Source: Escherichia coli (GTDB lineage Bacteria > Pseudomonadota > Gammaproteobacteria > Enterobacterales > Enterobacteriaceae). From it: a DNA stretch of 64,000 nt. Shown one piece after another: positions 13,922 through 25,028 of this stretch. Position 1 is the stretch's first letter. Every line of letters begins with the position of its first letter. A model generated the notes under the pieces. The model saw nothing but the letters and a program-made list of their open reading frames with translations. It was not told the origin of the DNA and ran no database searches. The stretch is taken from assembly GCF_003334405.1 (NCBI RefSeq), contig NZ_QOWM01000003.1, one strand, 5' to 3'. A program made the translations under genes and the position numbers.

Positions 13922-15142
13922 GTGGTTGCTGAAAACCAGCCTGGGCACATTGATCAAATAAAGCAGACCAACGCGGGCGCGGTTTATCGCCTGATTGATC
14001 AGCTTGGTCCAGTCTCGCGTATCGATCTTTCCCGTCTGGCGCAACTGGCTCCTGCCAGTATCACTAAAATTGTCCGTGAGATGCTCGAAGCACACCTGGT
14101 GCAAGAGCTGGAAATCAAAGAAGCGGGGAACCGTGGCCGTCCGGCGGTGGGGCTGGTGGTTGAAACTGAAGCCTGGCACTATCTTTCTCTGCGCATTAGT
14201 CGCGGGGAGATTTTCCTTGCTCTGCGCGATCTGAGCAGCAAACTGGTGGTGGAAGAGTCGCAGGAACTGGCGTTAAAAGATGACTTGCCATTGCTGGATC
14301 GTATTATTTCCCATATCGATCAGTTTTTTATCCGCCACCAGAAAAAACTTGAGCGTCTAACTTCGATTGCCATAACCTTGCCGGGAATTATTGATACGGA
14401 AAATGGTATTGTACATCGCATGCCGTTCTACGAGGATGTAAAAGAGATGCCGCTCGGCGAGGCGCTGGAGCAGCATACCGGCGTTCCGGTTTATATTCAG
14501 CATGATATCAGCGCATGGACGATGGCAGAGGCCTTGTTTGGTGCCTCACGCGGGGCGCGCGATGTGATTCAGGTGGTTATCGATCACAACGTGGGGGCGG
14601 GCGTCATTACCGATGGTCATCTGCTACACGCAGGCAGCAGTAGTCTCGTGGAAATAGGCCACACACAGGTCGACCCGTATGGGAAACGCTGTTATTGCGG
14701 GAATCACGGCTGCCTCGAAACCATCGCCAGCGTGGACAGTATTCTTGAGCTGGCACAGCTGCGTCTTAATCAATCCATGAGCTCGATGTTACATGGACAA
14801 CCGTTAACCGTGGACTCATTGTGTCAGGCGGCATTGCGCGGCGATCTACTGGCAAAAGACATCATTACCGGGGTGGGCGCGCATGTCGGGCGCATTCTTG
14901 CCATCATGGTGAATTTATTTAACCCACAAAAAATACTGATTGGCTCACCGTTAAGTAAAGCGGCAGATATCCTCTTCCCGGTCATCTCAGACAGCATCCG
15001 TCAGCAGGCCCTTCCTGCGTATAGTCAGCACATCAGCGTTGAGAGTACTCAGTTTTCTAACCAGGGCACGATGGCAGGCGCTGCACTGGTAAAAGACGCG
15101 ATGTATAACGGTTCTTTGTTGATTCGTCTGTTGCAGGGTTAA
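13922..15142 (+). CDS. mlc: ROK-family global repressor Mlc (DgsA)
   Basis: 406-aa ORF from GTG 13922 (MVAENQPGHIDQIKQ...); ROK zinc motif CYCGNHGCLE. Confidence 0.92.
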   Translation: MVAENQPGHIDQIKQTNAGAVYRLIDQLGPVSRIDLSRLAQLAPASITKIVREMLEAHLVQELEIKEAGNRGRPAVGLVVETEAWHYLSLRISRGEIFLALRDLSSKLVVEESQELALKDDLPLLDRIISHIDQFFIRHQKKLERLTSIAITLPGIIDTENGIVHRMPFYEDVKEMPLGEALEQHTGVPVYIQHDISAWTMAEALFGASRGARDVIQVVIDHNVGAGVITDGHLLHAGSSSLVEIGHTQVDPYGKRCYCGNHGCLETIASVDSILELAQLRLNQSMSSMLHGQPLTVDSLCQAALRGDLLAKDIITGVGAHVGRILAIMVNLFNPQKILIGSPLSKAADILFPVISDSIRQQALPAYSQHISVESTQFSNQGTMAGAALVKDAMYNGSLLIRLLQG

Positions 15143-15266
15143 CATTTTTTAACTGTTCTACCAAAATTTGCGCTATCTCAATTTGGGCCAGGAAAGCATA
15201 ACTTAGACTTTCAAGGTTAATTATTTTCCTGGTTTATATTTGTGAAGCATAACGGTGGAGTTAGTG

Positions 15267-15962
15267 ATGCTGAAGCGTTTCTTTATTACCGGTACAGACA
15301 CTTCTGTAGGGAAAACGGTGGTTTCCCGCGCATTGCTACAAGCGTTAGCCTCCCAGGGAAAAACGGTTGCGGGATATAAACCCGTAGCGAAGGGGAGCAA
15401 AGAGACACCCGAAGGGCTGCGTAATAAAGATGCCCTGGTGTTGCAGAGTGTTTCAACCATCGAACTGCCTTATGAAGCAGTTAATCCTATCGCGTTAAGC
15501 GAAGAAGAAAGTAGCGTGGCGCACAGTTGCCCAATCAATTACACCCTCATTTCAAACGGCCTGGCAAACCTGACCGAAAAAGTCGATCATGTCGTGGTAG
15601 AAGGGACTGGCGGCTGGCGCAGTCTGATGAATGATTTGCGTCCACTCTCTGAATGGGTAGTGCAGGAACAACTGCCGGTGTTGATGGTTGTCGGTATTCA
15701 GGAAGGTTGCATTAACCATGCACTGCTAACAGCTCAGGCGATCGCCAACGACGGGCTGCCGCTCATTGGCTGGGTGGCTAACCGAATCAACCCAGGACTG
15801 GCGCATTATGCGGAAATCATTGATGTGCTGGGTAAAAAACTTCCGGCACCGCTCATTGGTGAACTGCCTTATCTGCCGCGCGCCGAACAGCGTGAACTGG
15901 GGCAATACATCCGCTTAGCTATGCTGCGCAGTGTGCTGGCGGTAGATAGAGTCACGGTGTAA
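15267..15962 (+). CDS. ynfK: Dethiobiotin synthetase paralog (BioD2)
   Basis: Start at ATG 15267 ([18 protein letters not shown]-loop); 231 aa. Confidence 0.85.
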
Positions 15963-17171
15963 CGTCCGCGAAATTACCGACGCAATTACGCAGGCAATCA
16001 ATAAACCGGGGAGTAGCTGATACTCCCCGGTCATTTCACATATCATCAACGTCGACATAATCGGCGCGTGCGTGGTCGCCGCCAACAGTGTCGCCATCCC
16101 GGTCAATCCGAGTAAAAGTGTAATTTCTTCGCCATCAGGGAACCATAATCCCAGGCTACGACCATACAACATGCCAATGGCAAGACCGATAAATAGCGTC
16201 GGTGTAAAGACCCCACCGGGTGCGCCGGAACCGCTACTCGCCAGCACGGCACACAGTTTACAAAGGAAGATCCCGGCAATGATCATTAACAGTGGTGGGG
16301 CGGTTAAAAAGGATTGTACGGTGCTATAGCCGTTGCCCCACACTGCAGGTGTGAACAGGGAAAGCAGACCCACGATCAACCCGCCTAGTGCCAGTTGCCA
16401 GGGCGGCGCAAGTTTGAGACTCACAAATCCACGATGACAGGCGTTCATTAACGTTAACAACAGTGGTCCGCACAGACCTGCCAGCACACCTGTACTGATA
16501 ATCAGCGCATAGTCACGAGCCTGAACCGTCACTGAGAGTTGTACGTTGTAGAGTAACGCGTCGCTATGATTAATCAGATTGCTAACCAGCAATGCCACGA
16601 CGGCGGAAATAATCACCGGGCCGAGAGAGGCCAACATCATAGTGCCAAACAGCACTTCGGCTATAAATAAACTGCCAGCAAGCGGGGCACGATAGGCCGC
16701 AGCCATTCCCGCCGCGGCCCCACAGGCGATCCATAATTTCCACCCCTGGCGTGGCGTAAAACGTTGGGCAAAACAGGAGGCGGCAAGGGCAGCTAAAAGA
16801 ATCATCGCACCTTCGCGACCAATTGCACTGCCGCTGGTTACTACCAGCAGAGAGGCAAGCGATTTAACCAGGCTTGCTGCGTAATCGAACTGTCCATCGG
16901 TTTGCAACGCTTCCATATAATCGGTCGGCGCATGAGGGCGTTGTTGGGTAAATTTCTGCCAGCCCATCAGCAACAAACCCGCCGCCAGTCCGCCGAGCGC
17001 CGGAGTTAGCAACCGTCGCCAGGGGGAAAGGTTTGTCGCTGCATTGACCAGACTGCCGGAGTCATTATTGAGGAACAACCACTCCAGTAGCAGCATCGCA
17101 TGACGAAACCCGGCAACGGCAAAGGCCGCGAGAATACCGACGACTGTTGCGATAAGCAGACGGCGGAACAT
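15915..17171 (-). CDS. clcB: CLC-family voltage-gated chloride channel
   Basis: Start set at internal ATG 17171 ([14 protein letters not shown]...), 418 aa; GREG and GxFxP CLC motifs; 3' end overlaps the ynfK 3' end by 48 bp (convergent). Confidence 0.88.
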   Translation of the reverse strand: MFRRLLIATVVGILAAFAVAGFRHAMLLLEWLFLNNDSGSLVNAATNLSPWRRLLTPALGGLAAGLLLMGWQKFTQQRPHAPTDYMEALQTDGQFDYAASLVKSLASLLVVTSGSAIGREGAMILLAALAASCFAQRFTPRQGWKLWIACGAAAGMAAAYRAPLAGSLFIAEVLFGTMMLASLGPVIISAVVALLVSNLINHSDALLYNVQLSVTVQARDYALIISTGVLAGLCGPLLLTLMNACHRGFVSLKLAPPWQLALGGLIVGLLSLFTPAVWGNGYSTVQSFLTAPPLLMIIAGIFLCKLCAVLASSGSGAPGGVFTPTLFIGLAIGMLYGRSLGLWFPDGEEITLLLGLTGMATLLAATTHAPIMSTLMICEMTGEYQLLPGLLIACVIASVISRTLHRDSIYRQHTAQHS

Positions 17172-17365
17172 AGTGCGCAGATCCGGATAGATGTGTAGAT
17201 GATGCATGAGCAGAAATGGGCAATGAAACACGGGCGACTATTTTGCGGCAAAAGAGGCCAGCCGCAAAAGCAGTGCGTGCTTTAAGAGATAAAAAAACGT
17301 GACACTGTAACCTATTATTGCCGGATTGCGCGTAATCGTCACCATCCGGCAATATTACGGTGATC

Positions 17366-17980
17366 CTATCGAAACAGCGGTTTAACCGCGACAGGAATTA
17401 ACAGTTGTGATTGCCATTGCGCCAGCGTTAAGCGAGCCAGTTCACCCAGTGCACGGTAGAAAGGGTGTTCTGCTTTTTCGATAAAAACATCAAGAAAACG
17501 TGTTGACCACGGAAAAAGGTGCCATGCCAGCAATTCTTCGCATTCTGTCTGGCGACCATTCTCCGCCAACCACGCAGCCATCAACAGCAGTGAACCAAAA
17601 TGATCTTCCGGTTCGTTTTGCTTCATTTCAAACTGAATGCCTTTCTCGCGCATCCACTGACGAAGTGCCAATGTTGAATCGCCAAACAGCACAGATTCGC
17701 GATCCAGCCAGACCGACCCCCACGGCGGAGACGGCAGTGCCCACGGGCCGACAAACAAACGCTGCCAGGCCTGGGCGTGAGTCTCTTCACACTGTGTCTG
17801 AAAAGCCGTCACCAGCGGCGCTAATGACGCTTCTGGTAGAGGCCACTGAGTTTCCCAGCCGTCACTGGTGAGTACCGCAACCAGAGGTGCGGCTTCCGCA
17901 CTCTCTGGAGCGTAATAAAACAGCGCGCCCAACACGCGCGCCGCGACAGAAAAATTATCTTGCTGTGAAAAATGGGTCAT
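17366..17980 (-). CDS. dmsD: Tat proofreading chaperone for DmsA/YnfE/YnfF
   Basis: 204-aa ORF from ATG 17980 (MTHFSQQDNFSVAARVLGALFYY...), TorD family. Confidence 0.88.
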   Translation of the reverse strand: MTHFSQQDNFSVAARVLGALFYYAPESAEAAPLVAVLTSDGWETQWPLPEASLAPLVTAFQTQCEETHAQAWQRLFVGPWALPSPPWGSVWLDRESVLFGDSTLALRQWMREKGIQFEMKQNEPEDHFGSLLLMAAWLAENGRQTECEELLAWHLFPWSTRFLDVFIEKAEHPFYRALGELARLTLAQWQSQLLIPVAVKPLFR

Positions 17981-18022
17981 TCCTAACATCCTGAAATGTG
18001 CGGGTTGCCCCGCACCAATTTG

Positions 18023-18877
18023 TTAACCTGCAATAGCCATTCCTACTGTCATGTGCAGGCCATAAAAGAGCACACGCCCGATCATCTCACCGCCAAGTAT
18101 GAGGATTAGCCCCAGAATAAGTCCGGCAACGTGAGGTTCACGGCGACGAATGAGCGGGCAAAGCCAGCATCCAAGACCTGCGCATAACAATACCACACGC
18201 CAGACCTGTAAGGAGGCGTAATCTGGTACCAGTGCGCTGGCTTGTTGCACGGATGAGTGAATAGACGCCAGAGACAAACCTTGCAGCACAATCACCCCGG
18301 CACAAGCGATCAGCGCCAGAACGCTAATGATGGCAAATGGTGTGGTATTAAATGTAACGCGAGCTGCCCGCAGAATTGCGGCAGCAAGTATTGGACCGCT
18401 CAACAATACCGTCAGGAAGAAAGCCAGCGTAGTGTAACCGTTATGCCAGGTTGGCACGGTGTCGATTTGATACACGCAGGTCATCATCCAGACGAAAATG
18501 ACGCCGAGCGCCATGCTGAAAAGTAACCAGAGTTTCCCCAACGCTTGCGGCATTTTACCGATGACTGCCACCAGCCACCATAATCCGCCAACGGCAAAAA
18601 ATATGGAACCGGCAGCAATCTCGTTACTCAGACCAGAAGCTCCGATTCGATTCAGCGAGTTAAACGCCCGCAGTGGCGATCCCAGGTGCATGACAGAGGC
18701 AATAAACCCGACGCCCATCAACAGCCAGAGGAAAAACATGCCACGGACAATACGCTGACGGTCTGCGTCATTTTTGGCGGCGAACCAGCCAATTCCGCTA
18801 ACAATCAGCGCGCCTACTACGCATTGACCCAATACGGTAAAGATAACCAGTGGCCACTCATGCCATCCATTTCCCAT
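18023..18877 (-). CDS. ynfH: DmsC-like membrane anchor subunit
   Basis: Start set at ATG 18877 (MGNGWHEWPLVIF...), 284 aa, 8 TM helices; the track ORF extends upstream through the ynfG stop and is not used. Confidence 0.88.
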   Translation of the reverse strand: MGNGWHEWPLVIFTVLGQCVVGALIVSGIGWFAAKNDADRQRIVRGMFFLWLLMGVGFIASVMHLGSPLRAFNSLNRIGASGLSNEIAAGSIFFAVGGLWWLVAVIGKMPQALGKLWLLFSMALGVIFVWMMTCVYQIDTVPTWHNGYTTLAFFLTVLLSGPILAAAILRAARVTFNTTPFAIISVLALIACAGVIVLQGLSLASIHSSVQQASALVPDYASLQVWRVVLLCAGLGCWLCPLIRRREPHVAGLILGLILILGGEMIGRVLFYGLHMTVGMAIAG

Positions 18878-18878
18878 T

Positions 18879-19496
18879 TTACACTTCCTCCGGATTAGCC
18901 AGATAACCAGTGGTATCGCCGGTCGGGCGGCTGTTGGCGTTAGGTTTGATAACGATATTGGGTTTTGTGAAATGCGCGCGCGGCAGTGGCGCGACGGCAG
19001 CAAGAGTGCCGTGCTTCTGGCGCAGCTCTTCAATTGGACCGAACTCAAGTGCACGCAGCGGGCAGGATTCGACACATATGGGTTGTTTCCCCTCGGCGAC
19101 GCGCGAATAACAACCATCGCACTTCGTCATGTGCCCTTTTTCAGCATTGTACTGTGGCGCGCCGTACGGACAAGCCATGTGGCAGTAGCGGCAGCCGATA
19201 CAAACATCTTCATCAACCACCACAAAGCCATCTTCACGCTTATGCATTGCGCCGCTGGGGCAGACTTTTGTACATGCGGGGTCATCGCAATGGTTACAGG
19301 AGATGGAGAGATAATAAGCGAACACGTTCTGGTGCCAGACGCCATTATCTTCCTGCCAGTCGCCGCCAGCGTATTCATAAATACGGCGGAAACTGACTTC
19401 CGGGCCAAGATCTTTAAAATCTTTGCACGCCAGTTCGCAGGTTTTACAGCCAGTACAGCGGCTGGAATCGATAAAAAATCCATATTGTGTGGTCAT
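18879..19496 (-). CDS. ynfG: DmsB-like 4Fe-4S ferredoxin subunit
   Basis: 205-aa ORF with four CxxCxxCxxxCP cluster motifs. Confidence 0.9.
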   Translation of the reverse strand: MTTQYGFFIDSSRCTGCKTCELACKDFKDLGPEVSFRRIYEYAGGDWQEDNGVWHQNVFAYYLSISCNHCDDPACTKVCPSGAMHKREDGFVVVDEDVCIGCRYCHMACPYGAPQYNAEKGHMTKCDGCYSRVAEGKQPICVESCPLRALEFGPIEELRQKHGTLAAVAPLPRAHFTKPNIVIKPNANSRPTGDTTGYLANPEEV

Positions 19497-19506
19497 GGGC
19501 TACTCC

Positions 19507-21933
19507 TTAAACCTTTTCGATCTGGACAAGATTGCTGTGCGACGGGTTTCCCTTTGCCAGCGGTGAAGGGCGGTGAGAGGTCAGAATATTGATACTGCCG
19601 CCGTGATCGACCCGGTCACCAAACATATCCGCTTTAAGCCACGCACCTTGCCCGATGGCGGTAACGCCAGGCAGAATACGCGGAGTCACTTTTGCGGCAA
19701 TCAGCATTTCTCCATTATTGTTAAATACCCGCACGGTATCGCCATGACGGATACCGCGTGCCTGAGCATCAATGGGGTTGATCCACACCTCTTGTGGGCA
19801 GGCCTGCTGTAACACATCAATATTGCCGTAGCTGGAGTGGGTACGCGCTTTGTAATGGAAGCCCGTTAACTGCAGTGGATAGGTTTTCCGCAGGGGATCG
19901 TCCCAGCCATCAAAACCTGGGGTATACGCAGGAAGGGGATGAATAATTTCATCTTTTTTCAATTCCCAGGTATCTGCAATCTTCGCCAGTCGTTCAGAAT
20001 AAATTTCGATTTTCCCCGAAGGTGTTTTCAACGGGTTTGCCTGTGGATCTTCACGGAATGCGCGGAAAGCGACGTAGTGTTCTTCCGGGCATTTTTTCTT
20101 AAAGATCCCGGTCGTTTTCATCTCCTCGTAGTCGGGCATCTCAGGGTTACGTTCCTTCGTTTTCGCATGGAGATATTTGATCCATTCATGCTGACTGCGA
20201 CCTTCAGTAAAGGTTTGATAAACGTCTGGTCCTAAGCGTTTGGCGACTTCACTCAGCATCCAGTAGATGGGTTTGCGTTCAAATTTTGCTGAGGTTGCGG
20301 GTTGGGCGAGGATCACATAGCCCATATTCCCTGCAGATTCATGAGAGATAAGGTCTTCTTGCTCTGTTGGCATCAGGTCGGGCAACAGGATATCGCAATA
20401 CTTAGCCGAGGCCGTCATGAAGTGGTCAATGCCAACAATCATCTCGCACTTGCTGTCATCCTGAAGCACCTCATGGGTGTGATTGATGTCGCCATGTTGA
20501 TTGATCAATGTGTTACTGGCGTAGCACCATAAAAACTTGATGGGGACATCCAGTTTTTCTTTTCCACGAACACCATCACGGGTCGCGGTCATTTCCGTAC
20601 CATGGTCGATGGCATCTGTCCATGTAAAGACGGAAATCTGCGTTTTAACAGGATTCTCGAGCATCGGGAACCATTCTACCCCCAGATCCCAGCTACCTTC
20701 GCGTACGCCTGAGTTGCCGCCGTTTATGCCGACGTTGCCGGTGAGAACGGAAAGCATGGCAATAGCGCGGGATGTTTGCTCGCCGTTGGAATGTCGTTGT
20801 GGCCCCCAACCCTGACAAATATAAGCAGGTTTTGCTGAACCGATCTCTCGTGCCAACTGGATAATTTTTTCTGCCGGGATGCTGGTGATTTTTGCTGCCC
20901 ATTCCGGCGTTTTAGCTATGCCGTCAGGCCCTTCGCCCAGAATATAGGCTTTATAATGCGCGTTACGTGGTGCGTTGGCGGGCAGCGTTTTTTCATCGTA
21001 ACCAACACAATATTTGTCGAGAAATGGCTGATCGACCATGTTTTCAGTAATCAGTACCCAGGCAATCGCACAGGCCAGTGCGCCATCGGTGCCAGGGCGA
21101 ATGGGCAGCCATTCATCTTCACGCCCGGCAGCAGTGTCGTTATAACGTGGATCGATGACGATCATGCGTGCGTTTGAACGTTCGCGGGCTTGCTCGACGT
21201 AGTAAGTGACACCACCGCCGCTCATCCGCGTTTCTGCCGGGTTATTTCCGAACATAACGACCAGTTTCGTATTGGCGATATCATCCGGGCTGTTGCCATC
21301 ATTGGCACCGAACATATAACTCATTGCGGCACTGATCTGTGCGGTACTGTAGCTGCCATAGCGACTGAGAAAACCACCGCAAGAGTTCATCAGACGGTAC
21401 GGGACGTTTGAGTTGGTGATGTTTCCGCCATCTACGCCTGTTCCGTACAGGACATGTACAGCCTCATTGCCGTAATCTTTCAGGATCCGCCGAAGATTAT
21501 CACTGATGGTATCCAGGGCTTCGTCCCAACTTATCCGTTCAAATTTACCTTCACCGCGCTTGCCGACGCGCTTCATGGGATATTTCAACCTATCAGGATG
21601 ATTCATCCGTCGGCGGATAGAGCGCCCGCGTAAACACGCTCGAACCTGATGATTACCGTAGACGTCGTCACCTGTCGTATCAGACTCCACCCAGTACACG
21701 GTGTCATCTTTCACATGCAAACGTAACAGACAGCGGCTCCCGCAGTTAACGGTGCAGGAACTCCAGACCGCTTTCTCTTCTACCGGAGCCTCTGCCGCCC
21801 GGACCATTTGGGAAAATGGCAGAGTGAAAGCACTGCTTGCCAGCGCAAGACTGCCAAGTGCGGAGGTTTTCATCAGACTTCTACGGCTGATTTCAGCCTT
21901 CATGAGCGCCTCTGTGGTATGGATTTTCATCAT
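19507..21933 (-). CDS. ynfF: DMSO-reductase-family molybdoenzyme catalytic subunit, Tat-exported
   Basis: About 807 aa; twin-arginine signal SRRSLMKTSALGSLALA; tandem paralog of ynfE. Confidence 0.9.
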   Translation of the reverse strand: MMKIHTTEALMKAEISRRSLMKTSALGSLALASSAFTLPFSQMVRAAEAPVEEKAVWSSCTVNCGSRCLLRLHVKDDTVYWVESDTTGDDVYGNHQVRACLRGRSIRRRMNHPDRLKYPMKRVGKRGEGKFERISWDEALDTISDNLRRILKDYGNEAVHVLYGTGVDGGNITNSNVPYRLMNSCGGFLSRYGSYSTAQISAAMSYMFGANDGNSPDDIANTKLVVMFGNNPAETRMSGGGVTYYVEQARERSNARMIVIDPRYNDTAAGREDEWLPIRPGTDGALACAIAWVLITENMVDQPFLDKYCVGYDEKTLPANAPRNAHYKAYILGEGPDGIAKTPEWAAKITSIPAEKIIQLAREIGSAKPAYICQGWGPQRHSNGEQTSRAIAMLSVLTGNVGINGGNSGVREGSWDLGVEWFPMLENPVKTQISVFTWTDAIDHGTEMTATRDGVRGKEKLDVPIKFLWCYASNTLINQHGDINHTHEVLQDDSKCEMIVGIDHFMTASAKYCDILLPDLMPTEQEDLISHESAGNMGYVILAQPATSAKFERKPIYWMLSEVAKRLGPDVYQTFTEGRSQHEWIKYLHAKTKERNPEMPDYEEMKTTGIFKKKCPEEHYVAFRAFREDPQANPLKTPSGKIEIYSERLAKIADTWELKKDEIIHPLPAYTPGFDGWDDPLRKTYPLQLTGFHYKARTHSSYGNIDVLQQACPQEVWINPIDAQARGIRHGDTVRVFNNNGEMLIAAKVTPRILPGVTAIGQGAWLKADMFGDRVDHGGSINILTSHRPSPLAKGNPSHSNLVQIEKV

Positions 21934-21990
21934 TACTCACTTATTGCTTTTCAAACAAAATGTCATGCCAGAATTTATGGTTGTCGTGGG

Positions 21991-24417
21991 TTATATTTTT
22001 TCGATCTCGACCAGATTAGTGTGCTGCGGGTTTCCCTTCGCCAGTGGTGAAGGGCGCAGAGTGGTTAGCGTATTCACACAGCCGCCATGGTCGATTTTAT
22101 CGCCAGACATATTGGCCTCGTGCCAGGCTCCCTGGCCCATAGCGCTAACTCCAGGGAGAATACGTGGTGTTACTTTGGCTGGTAGCCGAACTTCGCCACG
22201 ATGGTTAAACACCCGCACCATATCGCCGTTGGCAATCCCACGTTTCTGCGCATCTATAGGGTTGATCCACACCTCCTGACGGCAGGCAGCCTTCAGGAGA
22301 TCAATATTGCCGTAGGTCGAGTGAGTACGGGATTTGTAATGGAAACCAAACAGTTGCAGTGGGAAGGTTCTACGTTCAGGGGAGTTCCAGCCTTCAAAGG
22401 TTGAGGCATAAACTGGCAATGGGCTTATCACTTCATCTTTTTCCAGTTCCCAGGTACGGGCAATTTCCGCCAGCCTGCTGGAATAAATTTCAATCTTACC
22501 GGAAGGCGTTTTAAGTGGATTTGCCTCGGGGTCGTCACGAAATGCTTTGTAGGCGACAAAATGGCCATTGGGATCTTTACGCTTATAGATACCCATTTTT
22601 TTCAGTTCGTCGTAAGACGGTAACGCCGGATCTTTGGCAAGCATTTTGGCGTACAGATGTTGTAACCATTGTTCCTGCGTGCGACCTTCTGTGAACTTTT
22701 GATAGACGTCAGGTCCAAGACGTTTCGCGACTTCACTCAGGATCCAGTAAATCGGTTTGCGTTCGAATTTTTCGCTGGTGACAGGCTGGAGGAAAATGAG
22801 ATATCCCATGTTACCGGCGTAGTCGTTAGGAATAATATCTTCCTGCTCAACGGTCATCAGGTCTGGCAGCAGAATGTCGGCATATTTTGCCGATGAGGTC
22901 ATAAAGTTTTCGATGACCACAATCATTTCGCATTTCGATTCGTCCTGCAGAATTTCATGCGTTTTGTTGATGTCAGAATGCTGATTAACGAGGGTATTTC
23001 CCGCGTAGTTCCAGATGAACTTAATGGGCACATCCAGTTTATCTTTGCCGCGGACGCCGTCGCGGATTGCCGTCATTTGCGGACCATGATCGATAGCATC
23101 TGTCCAGCTGAAGCAGGAGATTGACGTTTTGACCGGATTATCCAGCACCGGCAGGCGTTCTATGGTAATGGTATAGGTCGATTCACGCGCGCCACTATTT
23201 CCGCCGCTGATGCCGACATTGCCCGTCAAAATAGGTAACATAGCAATAGCGCGTGCAGTCAGTTCGCCGTTTGCCTGGCGTTGTGGCCCCCAGCCCTGGC
23301 AGATATAAGCGGGTTTTGCTGTGCCAATTTCACGCGCCAGTTTGATGATACGGTCCTCCGGGATACCGGTAATTTGCGAAGCCCACTGCGGCGTTTTCGC
23401 TGTTTTATCGTCACCTTCACCAAGAATATAGGCTTTATAGTGACCATTTTTGGGTGCATCTGCGGGTAAGGTTTTTTCGTCATAGCCGACGCAGTATTTA
23501 TCGAGAAAAGGTTGATCAACGAGATTTTCGTTAATCAATACCCAGGCAATACCCGCAACCAGCGCGGCATCGGTGCCCGGGCGAATAGGGAGCCATTCGT
23601 CTTCACGACCGGCAGCCGTATCGGTATATCGCGGATCGATAACAATCATTTTGGCGTTCGATTTCTCGCGCGCTTTTTCAAGAAGATAAGTGATGCCACC
23701 ACCGCTCATGCGGGTTTCTGCCGGGTTGTTACCAAACATCACGACCAGCTTGCTGTTTTCAATATCCGTGGTGCTGTTGCCATCATTACTGCCGTAGGTG
23801 TAGGGCATGGCACAGGAAATTTGCGCAGTGCTGTAGGAGCCATACTGGTTGAGTGAACCGCCGTAGCAGTTCATCAGGCGTTTGACCGCCGAGGCTGATG
23901 GCGAAGAGCGGGTCATATTGCCGCCAACGATCCCCGAAGAGTACTGAATATATACAGCCTCATTGCCATATTGTTCGACGGTTTTCTTCAGGCTACTGGC
24001 GATAGTATCCAGGGCTTCATCCCAGCTAATCCGTTCGAATTTGCCTTCGCCGCGTTTGCCCACGCGTTTCATTGGGTAATTCAAGCGATCGGGATGATTA
24101 ATACGCCGGCGGATGGAGCGACCGCGCAAACAGGCGCGTACCTGATGGTTGCCGTACTCATCGCTGCCGGTATTGTCAGTTTCCACCCAGGTCACTTCAT
24201 TATCTTTAACATGTAGACGAAGTGCACAGCGGCTACCACAGTTGACGGAACAGGCACCCCAGACCACTTTTTCGCGGGCCTGTTGTACCGCTGCTGCTGC
24301 ATTGCGCAGGGTAAACGGCAAAGAAAAACCGCCTGCAGCCAGCGCCAGAGAACCTATCGCGGTAGATTTAACGAGTGTTCTGCGGCTGATGCCCACCATT
24401 CGTTCATTTTTGGACAT
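21991..24417 (-). CDS. ynfE: DMSO-reductase-family molybdoenzyme catalytic subunit (selenate reductase-type), Tat-exported
   Basis: 808 aa; twin-arginine signal SRRTLVKSTAIGSLALAAG; tandem paralog of ynfF. Confidence 0.9.
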   Translation of the reverse strand: MSKNERMVGISRRTLVKSTAIGSLALAAGGFSLPFTLRNAAAAVQQAREKVVWGACSVNCGSRCALRLHVKDNEVTWVETDNTGSDEYGNHQVRACLRGRSIRRRINHPDRLNYPMKRVGKRGEGKFERISWDEALDTIASSLKKTVEQYGNEAVYIQYSSGIVGGNMTRSSPSASAVKRLMNCYGGSLNQYGSYSTAQISCAMPYTYGSNDGNSTTDIENSKLVVMFGNNPAETRMSGGGITYLLEKAREKSNAKMIVIDPRYTDTAAGREDEWLPIRPGTDAALVAGIAWVLINENLVDQPFLDKYCVGYDEKTLPADAPKNGHYKAYILGEGDDKTAKTPQWASQITGIPEDRIIKLAREIGTAKPAYICQGWGPQRQANGELTARAIAMLPILTGNVGISGGNSGARESTYTITIERLPVLDNPVKTSISCFSWTDAIDHGPQMTAIRDGVRGKDKLDVPIKFIWNYAGNTLVNQHSDINKTHEILQDESKCEMIVVIENFMTSSAKYADILLPDLMTVEQEDIIPNDYAGNMGYLIFLQPVTSEKFERKPIYWILSEVAKRLGPDVYQKFTEGRTQEQWLQHLYAKMLAKDPALPSYDELKKMGIYKRKDPNGHFVAYKAFRDDPEANPLKTPSGKIEIYSSRLAEIARTWELEKDEVISPLPVYASTFEGWNSPERRTFPLQLFGFHYKSRTHSTYGNIDLLKAACRQEVWINPIDAQKRGIANGDMVRVFNHRGEVRLPAKVTPRILPGVSAMGQGAWHEANMSGDKIDHGGCVNTLTTLRPSPLAKGNPQHTNLVEIEKI

Positions 24418-24615
24418 AACTCACTCCCTGTTCTTTATCGTTATATAAAAGTTTATATATTGAATATTTAGCGCGCTAACAATAGAGGGAGTCTACCCAT
24501 TTTGGGTTAAGAATTATTAATCCATATCAATAGAAGGGTATGAGTAATAAGGTGGGATTATGTTGTATGTTCAAATCGCCGGATTTGTCATATCCGGCGT
24601 TCAGTCGATAATGTG

Positions 24616-24921
24616 TTACTGCGGTTCGGCAGGCGCGCCATCCTGGCTAGACTGCGCGGGAGCAGAGACGTTACCGCTGGTGGTGCGGGTATAGAGAATT
24701 TTATGCGTATCATTAGCGCAATGGCCGACGACCTGGGAATCAGGCTGATCAACCTGGTCATTGGGTACAATACTTAACGTGAAGCTGCTTTCGGGTACGC
24801 CATTATTGATAATGCGCTGTGATATATCGCTCTGTATGCGCTCACAGGATCCCGGCGCGGCGAGTACCGCGGGTGAGGCGAGGGCGAGCAGAAGCGCGGC
24901 ACAGCAGGTTGAGAGTTTCAT
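24616..24921 (-). CDS. ynfD: DUF1161 periplasmic protein
   Basis: Start at ATG 24921 (MKLSTCCAALLLALASPAVLA signal peptide), 101 aa. Confidence 0.8.
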   Translation of the reverse strand: MKLSTCCAALLLALASPAVLAAPGSCERIQSDISQRIINNGVPESSFTLSIVPNDQVDQPDSQVVGHCANDTHKILYTRTTSGNVSAPAQSSQDGAPAEPQ

Positions 24922-25028
24922 CATAAGCTCCTTACGCGAAGATAACTTCTTTAAGCATAGCATTTAACGTGTAAAGTACTGTATTTGCTACTATGATTGA
25001 GAATCATCTCTACTCTCTGGTGACTGTT

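Noticed and set aside
17290-17350. 10-bp perfect inverted repeat ATTGCCGGAT ... ATCCGGCAAT downstream of dmsD as an operon terminator
   Set aside because: The U-tract on the transcribed strand is about 20 nt from the stem, not adjacent, so a classical intrinsic terminator is not supported; it may be a protein-binding palindrome or a REP-like element.
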